Assembly: GCA_007694145.1 (NCBI GenBank)
Contig: RECF01000067.1
Coordinates: 53,960 to 117,959, forward strand
DNA length: 64,000 nucleotides
Reading direction: 5' to 3'
DNA from: Acholeplasmatales bacterium
GTDB lineage: Bacteria > Bacillota_I > Bacilli_A > Izemoplasmatales > Izemoplasmataceae
The notes below the pieces were generated by a model. That model was given only the letters and a program-made list of their open reading frames with translations. It made no database searches and was not told the DNA's origin. Every line of letters begins with the position of its first letter. The first letter of the stretch is position 1. Both the position numbers and the translations under genes were made by a program. Positions 57,061 to 64,000 of the stretch are shown piece by piece.

Positions 57061-57623
57061 TTCATTTATTATGTAAAACAGCACGTTTTTTTCCAATGAA
57101 AGCCCATGAAACCATCGAGCAAATTGATTTTCATGCCTTGCGGGCCGCAGGCATCAAACTGTTGCTTGTTGATCTTGACAACACACTGGCCGATTACGAG
57201 ACGCTGGTGCCCTCAAGTGAACAATGTGCCTTTTTCAGTGCGCTAAAAGCGCAAGGTTTCGCCACGATTATCGTATCAAACAATCGAGAAAGCCGAGTCA
57301 GAGATTATTGCAGCAAGCTAGGCCAGCCCTACGTCGCCCGCGCCAAAAAACCGCTATTGTCAGGGTTTCGCAAAGCATTGCGTCTTTATGATGCGCCAGT
57401 GCGGGCCGATGAAGTTTGTATGATCGGCGATCAACTTCTAACCGATGTGCTTGGGGCGTCGCGCATGGGATTTGCAAGTGTGCTGGTTGAACCGCTCAGG
57501 AAGAAGACCGAGCGCTGGTATACCCGCCTCAACCGCAGTATTGAACGCAGCCTGCTGAAACGGATGAAGCGATACGATGCCGAGCGCTATAGCGCGCTTG
57601 GGATGAGCAGGCGTTTATCATGA
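57057..57623 (+). CDS. yqeG: HAD-IIIA phosphatase YqeG
   Basis: DxD motif LLVDLDNTL. It is the first gene of the yqeG-yqeH...rsfS cluster. Confidence 0.8.
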   Translation: MIHLLCKTARFFPMKAHETIEQIDFHALRAAGIKLLLVDLDNTLADYETLVPSSEQCAFFSALKAQGFATIIVSNNRESRVRDYCSKLGQPYVARAKKPLLSGFRKALRLYDAPVRADEVCMIGDQLLTDVLGASRMGFASVLVEPLRKKTERWYTRLNRSIERSLLKRMKRYDAERYSALGMSRRLS

Positions 57624-58714
57624 ACCACGTCCCTTGTCATGGATGCGGAGGCATCTTGCAAAACAACCAAGCCGAAGCGCCCTTTTACGTGCCGATGCCC
57701 ATCGATGCAACGACACCGCAACTGTGTCGCCGGTGCTATCGCCTCAAGCATTACGGGGAGGTGCAGCCGGCAGTGTTGCCCGCTGAAAGCTATCGGGAGA
57801 TGATTGACGGGCTCCTGGAAATAGACGCGCTCATGGTTCTTGTGGTGGACGTGTTTGATCTATCGGGATCACTCGTGCCGATGATTCGGCGTCTTTTGTT
57901 AGAAAAAGATGTGGTTGTGCTCGCGAACAAATGTGATTTGTTGCCAAAGAGCGTTCCCTTGAACAAGGTCGCGCACAAAGTCATGCGTCAGCTCCACGTT
58001 GAGGGCATCAAACCGCATGATGTCATCCCGATTAGCGCCTTGAAGAAAGTTCAAATCGATCAGGCTATGGATACGTTATTCAAGCGGGCCAAGGGACGCG
58101 ATGTGTATGTTCTCGGTTCAACGAATGTCGGCAAGTCAACCGTCATCAATGCGTTCCTCGCCGCAAGCAGCGGTCACCCCGAGCACCCACTCAGCGTGCA
58201 TGGCAGCCGCGGCACGACGCAAGGTTTTATCGCGTTGCCATTTGGTAAGGCCACTTTGTATGACACACCGGGTCTTTATCCAACAAATCATGTCGCAGCG
58301 CTTCTTGGCGATGCCAGTTACGCCATGCTTCAACCGAAGAAAGAGGTCAAGCCGTTGGGCTATCAATTGGTTGCCGGACAAACCTTGTTCCTTGGTGGAC
58401 TGTGTCGTTTGGACCATCTTGAAGGGCAGGCTGGAAGTTGGATTGTCTATGTGGCTCCTACCGTGACGGTCCACCGGCGCAAGACGCTTGATGCAGATGA
58501 TTTTTACACGCGTCACTGTGGAGAGTTGCTCAGCCCACCCTCAATGACCGATACCCCCTTCAAACTTAAACGTCATCGCTTCAATCTTGACCCTAAGGTT
58601 AAAACCGACATTGTTGTCCCGGGACTGGGCTTTGTCACGGTACGTGGTGTGGCTAAACTAGATGTCCATGTACCTGAAATAATCGCCCCGAGTCGTCGCG
58701 AGGCATTGATATGA
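57620..58714 (+). CDS. yqeH: Ribosome biogenesis GTPase YqeH
   Basis: An N-terminal zinc ribbon CHGCGG...CRRC and a circularly permuted GTPase (NKCDLL ... GSTNVGKST). Confidence 0.88.
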   Translation: MNHVPCHGCGGILQNNQAEAPFYVPMPIDATTPQLCRRCYRLKHYGEVQPAVLPAESYREMIDGLLEIDALMVLVVDVFDLSGSLVPMIRRLLLEKDVVVLANKCDLLPKSVPLNKVAHKVMRQLHVEGIKPHDVIPISALKKVQIDQAMDTLFKRAKGRDVYVLGSTNVGKSTVINAFLAASSGHPEHPLSVHGSRGTTQGFIALPFGKATLYDTPGLYPTNHVAALLGDASYAMLQPKKEVKPLGYQLVAGQTLFLGGLCRLDHLEGQAGSWIVYVAPTVTVHRRKTLDADDFYTRHCGELLSPPSMTDTPFKLKRHRFNLDPKVKTDIVVPGLGFVTVRGVAKLDVHVPEIIAPSRREALI

Positions 58715-59280
58715 GTCTGGCAGCTCTTGAGCGTGACCTCAAAGAGCGGTTACACGGTCACCATAGACGACTGCATCACGTTTATGGTGTCCGCGATACG
58801 GCCCTCAAACTCGGAAAAATACAGGGTGCGGACTTAGATGCTCTGCGCTGGGCGGCCCTGTTGCATGATCTCACAAAATACGACCCGCCGACTGTGCAAA
58901 AGCAAAGGATTCTCCGTCACTACGACCCCGACATCCTTAGCGAGTATCCTGAACCGCTTCATCATGCTTTTGATGCTGTGGTGGTTGCGCGTGAAACGTA
59001 CGGCATCGACGATGAACGGATCCTGAAAGCCATCGAATCGCATACCTTAGGCAGACCCGGCATGGAACTGACAGAGAAAATTCTCTTTGTGAGTGATTAT
59101 GTTGAACCAACACGTCAGTACCCATCGTGTGTCAAAGCGCGCGAACAAGCATTCATCAACCTAGATAATGCCGTGATGCTCATCATTCATGACACCATCA
59201 GATATTTGGAAAGAGAAGGCAAACGCATCCCCGCAACAGCGTATGAAACATTAAACTATTACCAGAAGGCAGGCGATTGA
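58711..59280 (+). CDS. yqeK: HD-domain bis(5'-nucleosyl)-tetraphosphatase YqeK
   Basis: HD motif HHVYGV...LLHDLTK. Confidence 0.82.
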   Translation: MSLAALERDLKERLHGHHRRLHHVYGVRDTALKLGKIQGADLDALRWAALLHDLTKYDPPTVQKQRILRHYDPDILSEYPEPLHHAFDAVVVARETYGIDDERILKAIESHTLGRPGMELTEKILFVSDYVEPTRQYPSCVKAREQAFINLDNAVMLIIHDTIRYLEREGKRIPATAYETLNYYQKAGD

Positions 59281-59621
59281 TTTTGGCAAAAATTCACGTA
59301 GTCATCGAAGCACTCGAGGACCTCAAGCTGCAAGATATTTTGATTTATGACATGCGCGAGCGTAGTCCGTTTTTCGAATACTTCATTCTTTCGACCGCGA
59401 CCAATGTCCGACAACTTCAGGCAGCGGTCAAACATCTCAAGGATCATTTATCCGCGGCATCACTTGAGCAACCCGTCATCGAGGGTGCGCAGTCAAATGC
59501 CTGGGTATTGATGGATGCTAAGGACATCGTGGTGAACATTTTTACGAAAGAAGAGCGTCTTTACTACAACATCGAAAAAATGTGGATGGACGTTCCGACC
59601 ATCGATCCTAAGGACGCATGA
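59277..59621 (+). CDS. rsfS: Ribosomal silencing factor RsfS
   Basis: A DUF143/RsfS core (YFILSTATNVRQLQA). TTG start overlapping the yqeK stop. Confidence 0.82.
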   Translation: MILAKIHVVIEALEDLKLQDILIYDMRERSPFFEYFILSTATNVRQLQAAVKHLKDHLSAASLEQPVIEGAQSNAWVLMDAKDIVVNIFTKEERLYYNIEKMWMDVPTIDPKDA

Positions 59622-60283
59622 GTGGTTATCGCCATTTAGCCGAGGTGTATGAGCACCTGGCCGATGATGTGCTGCATGCCCTTTATAAGCAACTGATCCA
59701 TCGTCATAGCAAACCATGCACCGTGCTTGAAGTCGGGTGTGGAACGGCCGCTTTGAGCCGTGATCTTGCGCGTGAGGGCTATCGGGTAAGCGGTATGGAC
59801 GTGTCGTTGGAAATGCTCAATATGGCGGGGTATTATGCGGGGATGGAACAGGTGGATCTCACTTTGTTTCACCATGATGCCCGCCAACCTTTTGATGGTC
59901 AGTATGATCTGGTGCTGATGCCGGTGGATGTCGTCAATCATTTCGCTAGTTTTCAAGAGATTGAAACGGTATTCAAGCATGTGCATCACGTACTGTCACC
60001 CCAGGGTACGCTCATTTTCGACTACCTGCATATCGAGTATATGACGGCGTTGATCGGTCATGAAGAAACGGTACAAGTCGGTGATCATGTCGTACATTGG
60101 CGTGTGGAAGCGGCCGACATACCCGCTGCGCACCGCCATGTGGTGACTTGTGACGGCGCGACAGCCTCGCATATCAGCCGCAGTTACATAGAAGCGCGGT
60201 GGGCGTCGCTTTATGCACCGTATGAAGTCCTTGAAACAGTGCATCTTGAACATCGCAACATGGTTGTCCTCAGAAAACGTTAG
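59618..60283 (+). CDS. Class I SAM-dependent methyltransferase (YqeM-like)
   Basis: SAM motif VLEVGCGTAALS. Confidence 0.75.
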   Translation: MSGYRHLAEVYEHLADDVLHALYKQLIHRHSKPCTVLEVGCGTAALSRDLAREGYRVSGMDVSLEMLNMAGYYAGMEQVDLTLFHHDARQPFDGQYDLVLMPVDVVNHFASFQEIETVFKHVHHVLSPQGTLIFDYLHIEYMTALIGHEETVQVGDHVVHWRVEAADIPAAHRHVVTCDGATASHISRSYIEARWASLYAPYEVLETVHLEHRNMVVLRKR

Positions 60284-60306
60284 CTGCTTAGAGCAGCTTT
60301 TTTTTA
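60282..60306 (+). terminator. Terminator after yqeM
   Basis: Stem agctgct...agcagct followed by TTTTTTTT. Confidence 0.6.
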
Positions 60307-60409
60307 TACCTAAAGTTTGCGAGGTAAGCGGCACTAGAAAAAGAAAAAAACACCGCCGTAAGTATTATAAAGACAGCTACACCATTTTGACAAGAGAGGA
60401 GGCAGTTGT

Positions 60410-60985
60410 ATGGCGAACTTACCCAAATGGGGTGTTTACCTTAGTGTTGCGATCATCATTTTTGCAGCCTTGGCTTTGAATATTCTGCGCCGCCCTAGTG
60501 CGGTAGCGACTTTGCCAGTCTTTATGGAGGAGGCTCGTGACTTGGCTCCGGCACACGCCACTATTTATATCGATCTTAAAGGGGCTGTCCAAATGCCCGG
60601 TGTTTACAAAGTGCCGGCTGACATGCGTTTGTTTCAAGTCATTCGGCTAGCGGGTGGCTTGTGTGTTGATGCCGATGTGTCCCGCATCAACATGTCCGCG
60701 CAGCTTTTTGACCAACAAGCTATCACCATCCCCTTTGTGCAGAACACAAGTGAAGAACAAGGCAACGCCCATGACGATGCATCGGATGCGCCACTGAAAA
60801 TCTCGTTGAGTCAGGCGGACGCCGCCACCCTTGTGACCTTGCCGGGTATCGGGCCGGCCACAGCGGAGCGTATTGTGGCTGACCGACTTGTGAACGGTCC
60901 CTTTGAACGCGTTGAAGACATCATGCGCGTCAGCGGTATTGGTCCAGCGATCTATGAAGGTATCAAGCCGTTTGTCACGCCTTAG
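60410..60985 (+). CDS. comEA: Competence protein ComEA (DNA receptor; SLBB domain and tandem helix-hairpin-helix motifs)
   Basis: An N-terminal TM helix, an SLBB-like region, and a C-terminal HhH motif LPGIGPATAERIV...VSGIGPAIY. Confidence 0.85.
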   Translation: MANLPKWGVYLSVAIIIFAALALNILRRPSAVATLPVFMEEARDLAPAHATIYIDLKGAVQMPGVYKVPADMRLFQVIRLAGGLCVDADVSRINMSAQLFDQQAITIPFVQNTSEEQGNAHDDASDAPLKISLSQADAATLVTLPGIGPATAERIVADRLVNGPFERVEDIMRVSGIGPAIYEGIKPFVTP

Positions 60986-63044
60986 GGGAACATGTCACCA
61001 TGCGGCTTTAGCACTTTGTTTGTGGCTGGTCGGCCGTGAACTGCCGGGTGGGTTTTTACTCAGTACCGTTTACTTTTTGTGGCTCTTTCGGTTCTTGCGC
61101 CAATGGCGCTGGCCTGTGGTGATCTTGCTTATACTGTATGAACTGGCCCGGTTCGTACACAATCCAGGAACGCTTCATACGCTTGATGCGGTCACGGTCA
61201 TCCATGTTGAAGCACATCGTCATCGATTCCTTGGGAAGACCGATACAGCCCGTGTACTCGTCCATGTCGATGATCAAACGCCACCATTACGCGCTGGCGA
61301 CTTGGTACGGATTGAAGGTGTTGTGATTGGACCGCACCCTAAAACGATGCCAGGTGAGTTTGATTATGCACGATACTTGTATGCGCGAAACATTGCGGCG
61401 GTGGTGGCGGCAGATCGCGTTGAGTTGTTGGGGAGTGCGTGGTCGGTCTACCGGGTACGGGAGTGGATGGCAGCACGAATAGCCACATACAGTCCATCTA
61501 GTCGTACCTACTTGGCGACGTTCATCTTGGCGGATCGGTCTGAGTTTGATCCGACTTTTTCAGAAGGGGTTGGGCGATTGGGGATTGCCCATCTTTTTGC
61601 CGTGTCGGGCTTGCATGTGGCCACGTTGGCACTGTGCATTGACAAGGGGTTGGGTGCGATGCGCATCAGGAAGGGGGTATGCGATGCGGTGCTAGGTATC
61701 ACGATGGGGCTGTACATCCTGATGACTTTGTTTGCAGCATCGGTCGTTCGAGCCGGTATGATGGCGATTTTGTTGATGGGTAATCGGCGACTGAAACTGG
61801 GTTTGACGCCCGTCGATGTCGTCGCCATCCTCTTTTGTGCCTTGTTGGTGATTCGCCCCTATTATTATGTTGAAAGCGGGTTCGTACTGACATTCGCAGT
61901 GAGTGCAAGCTTGCTGCTGGGTCAGCCTTTTTTCAACACCAACTCACGCATCATGCTGGGCCTTCGAGTCAGCACCCTTGCCTTCTTTACATCCCTGCCC
62001 ATCGTCAGCGGGTTTCAGTATGGATTCAATCCTTGGACACCGTTGTTAAACATACCGTTTATCGCCTATACGACGTTGATTCTATTACCAATAACCTATC
62101 TTGTATTTCTTATGCCTTTGCTAGAACCTCTCCACCATGTGGTGGTCTTGGGATTTGAAATACTGGTCGATAGGGCGCATACCGCATTTCCTGCATGGAT
62201 TCGGCTATGGATTGAACCCGGCTGGCCACGGCTCATCTATGCGGTGCTGTTAGTGATGGTTCTTAGTATGTGGCATCACCATAGAAGAAAGCAGATTAGG
62301 CTACTCTTTCTGTTTTTTTTGCTGGTTTGTCACCTTAGACCCTGGCTCAGTTTTGATCAAAACATCTGGTTTTTTCATGTCCATGGGGACAGTGCGCTCA
62401 TCCGTGACCGTTTTAACCGCTGCAACATCTTAATTGACACCGGATCAGCTGACAACCAGCAACGCCTCGTTCGTGCACTTCATGCCTTGCACGTCACCCA
62501 TCTTGACTATGTCTTTATCTCCCATATGCACGAAGATCATTATGGTGCTTTTGAGCAAGTAGCGGCGGTGTTTAATATCAGTACGGTCATTTCAAACCAA
62601 AATAGCCACGTTGTCTCAGAACAATGGTTTACCTGTGGTAACGTGCAACTATACTTGCATGCCCTTGAGTATCCACATGGTGGTGAAAATGACCGCTCGC
62701 TCGTCATGCGCGTCCGCATTGGGAACGATTTGGTATTGTTTACCGGTGATATTGAAGCTGCACGCGAAGCGACTATTCTTGTCCATGATTTGCGCGCTAA
62801 TATCCTCAAAGTACCGCATCACGGGTCGCAAACATCGTCTTCATCACGGCTGATCGAGGCGGTTCAGCCCGAGGTTGCCATCAACTCGGCGCACCGAAAC
62901 ACGCGATTTGAGCATCCGCATCCAACAGTCATAGCCCGTTACGAGGCTTTCGACATCCCAGTGTATCGCACCGATCAGCACGGTACGATCCACTTTCGTT
63001 ATGGTCGTGGAGAAAGACGCATCATGACCAAGCAATCCCCTTGA
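60954..63044 (+). CDS. comEC: DNA internalisation channel ComEC/Rec2 (DUF4131 and competence domains plus a C-terminal metallo-beta-lactamase domain); start codon uncertain
   Basis: An OB-fold/DUF4131 region, a multi-TM core (GIAHLFAVSGLHV), and a C-terminal MBL motif ISHMHEDHYGAF. The only in-frame ATG (60954) overlaps comEA by 32 nt and lacks an SD. The first in-frame start after comEA is TTG 61020. Confidence 0.78.
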   Translation: MKVSSRLSRLRGTCHHAALALCLWLVGRELPGGFLLSTVYFLWLFRFLRQWRWPVVILLILYELARFVHNPGTLHTLDAVTVIHVEAHRHRFLGKTDTARVLVHVDDQTPPLRAGDLVRIEGVVIGPHPKTMPGEFDYARYLYARNIAAVVAADRVELLGSAWSVYRVREWMAARIATYSPSSRTYLATFILADRSEFDPTFSEGVGRLGIAHLFAVSGLHVATLALCIDKGLGAMRIRKGVCDAVLGITMGLYILMTLFAASVVRAGMMAILLMGNRRLKLGLTPVDVVAILFCALLVIRPYYYVESGFVLTFAVSASLLLGQPFFNTNSRIMLGLRVSTLAFFTSLPIVSGFQYGFNPWTPLLNIPFIAYTTLILLPITYLVFLMPLLEPLHHVVVLGFEILVDRAHTAFPAWIRLWIEPGWPRLIYAVLLVMVLSMWHHHRRKQIRLLFLFFLLVCHLRPWLSFDQNIWFFHVHGDSALIRDRFNRCNILIDTGSADNQQRLVRALHALHVTHLDYVFISHMHEDHYGAFEQVAAVFNISTVISNQNSHVVSEQWFTCGNVQLYLHALEYPHGGENDRSLVMRVRIGNDLVLFTGDIEAAREATILVHDLRANILKVPHHGSQTSSSSRLIEAVQPEVAINSAHRNTRFEHPHPTVIARYEAFDIPVYRTDQHGTIHFRYGRGERRIMTKQSP

Positions 63045-63119
63045 GTGGACAATCAGAAAAAAATCACCGTGTGTTTTCATGATTGTGCTATAATGAACAA
63101 GGACACAGTATGAAGGCAC

Positions 63120-64000
63120 AGGTGATAACATGGAAGCGAATGTCGTCTGCTTTTTCGGTGAGGACACCTTTTATATCCGGTCAAAAATCAATCAGTTGAT
63201 CAAACAACACGGGGTGGATGAGTACCACCACACCACGTATGATCTTGATGAAACCCCGCTGATTGAAGCTATCAATGATGCCATGACCATTCCATTTGTG
63301 ATGGACCGGAAAGTCGTCGTCATGCAAAATGCCCGTTTTCTTGGCAAGGAGAAACCCAAAAAAGGACCGAGCCATGATCTCGATGCGTTGATGGGTTATC
63401 TCGAGTCACCCGCTGAACAGACTGTATTGGTCATCGCGGCCCCCATTGCCAGTCTGGATGCACGTCTGGCGGTGGTCAAGAAACTCAAAACTTATAAAGT
63501 GATCGAGTGTAAACTCAAATCAAGTCAAGATCTTGTGTCCTGGGCAAGCCGACAAGTCAACAACACCGGGATGTCCATTGATCAAGAGGCCCTTGACCTG
63601 TTTATTAAACGGGTAGGGCACAGTACGGAGTTTGCCTATCTTGAAATGCGAAAGCTGTTGCTTTACGCGGGTTCGGAAACACGCATCACGAAAGCGATGA
63701 TTGAAGATATCATCACTAAGAACGTTGAAGACAATGTCTATGACATCACCAACGCTTTGCTGGAAAAAGATGTTAGAAAAGCCTTGTCTGTCTATCGCGA
63801 TCTTGTCTTGCATAGTACCGACCCGATGGCGATTCTTGGTATCATCATCCAAAAGTATCGTGAGATTCTGCATGTCAAGAAGTTGCTTGAAGATGGGGCC
63901 GGCCAACAAGATGTTCAATCGTATTACCAAGTTTCAAGCGGACGGGCCTATTATATGACTCAAAATGCCCGCAGCGTCAGCTATGCACAGGTCGTCGAGC
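63120..64000 (+). CDS. holA: DNA polymerase III delta subunit HolA (5' part; continues beyond the window)
   Basis: The ORF is open to the window end, with a TGCTATAAT promoter and RBS aggtga upstream. It lies downstream of comEC as in Bacillus. The delta N-terminal fold is inferred from the translated sequence. Confidence 0.7.

Noticed and set aside
60992-61039. The out-of-frame 15-codon ORF MSPCGFSTLFVAGRP starting right after comEA, considered as a frameshifted ComEC N-terminus.
   Set aside because: A fusion would require an indel. The ComEC frame already encodes a plausible first TM helix from TTG 61020, so I cannot decide from sequence alone. It is kept as a caveat under the comEC finding rather than called a pseudogene.
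5640-63096. At least 14 copies of the 9-mer 'TGcTATAAT/gctataat' scattered through the window, considered as a dispersed repeat family.
   Set aside because: Each copy sits 20-40 nt upstream of a gene start, with the SD and ATG following. These are extended -10 promoter elements, not a mobile or REP-like repeat.
63181-63930. The minus-strand ORFs 63181-63375 and 63520-63930 at the window end.
   Set aside because: They overlap the plus-strand open frame, which is preceded by a TGCTATAAT promoter and an RBS and occupies the holA position after comEC. The antisense ORFs have no start context.
1-64000. CRISPR arrays, transposases, integrases, toxin-antitoxin pairs and restriction or defence genes.
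   Set aside because: The window has no direct-repeat/spacer arrays, no transposase (DDE) or tyrosine- or serine-recombinase-like ORFs, and no small adjacent ORF pairs typical of TA modules. It consists of core genes with conserved Bacillus-like synteny.

Overview
This 64-kb window is a chromosomal core region of a Firmicutes genome (roughly 50% GC) with Bacillus-like gene order, densely packed with housekeeping genes on both strands. Working only by eye from the six-frame ORF track and the raw sequence, I identify the following, in order. 1-3.9 kb: dnaI (3' end), a membrane-protein ORF on the minus strand, and a T-box leader followed by a MazG-like gene and thrS. 3.95-11.1 kb: rqcH (minus strand), then gmk, rpoZ and polC. 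11.2-13.8 kb: a BI-1/YccA-like membrane protein and pepF. 13.9-18.9 kb: a T-box leader followed by pheS and pheT, then ald. 19.1-29.7 kb: rlmN, rsgA, rpe and thiN; rpmB on the minus strand; yloV, recG, plsX, rnc, dnaD and nth. 29.8-32.6 kb: a 421-aa helix-turn-helix (HTH) plus helical-repeat regulator resembling the RNPP family of peptide-sensing regulators (Rap/NprR/PlcR/PrgX), next to a MATE efflux gene. 32.6-36.8 kb: mrp/apbC and tmcAL (ylbM) on the minus strand, then yceD, rpmF, rsmH and tRNA-Gly(UCC). 36.9-43.1 kb: an SPFH protein; a minus-strand operon of GNAT, ppa and osmC; a membrane-anchored EIIB-like protein with a degenerate active site translationally coupled to HPr; trpS with its T-box (minus strand); and a second pepF. 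43.3-48.7 kb: a C-terminally extended Spx, gap, an M24 aminopeptidase and recD2. 48.8-57.1 kb: a T-box leader followed by alaS, ruvX, yrzB, trmR and two U32 genes, then greA, mtnN and a YgjP-like hydrolase. 57.1-64 kb: yqeG, yqeH, yqeK, rsfS, yqeM, comEA, comEC and holA (5' part). There are four T-box riboswitches (thrS, pheST, trpS, alaS) and many extended -10 promoters of the form TGnTATAAT. I found no transposase, integrase, CRISPR array or recognisable defence genes. The most unusual parts are small and regulatory rather than a large island: the regulator-MATE pair without an identifiable peptide gene, the EIIB-like/HPr module, the MazG-like gene nested in the thrS T-box operon, the extended Spx, and several departures from the Bacillus gene order, such as the absence of prpC-prkC, of fapR/fab/acpP after plsX, and an orphan rsmH.
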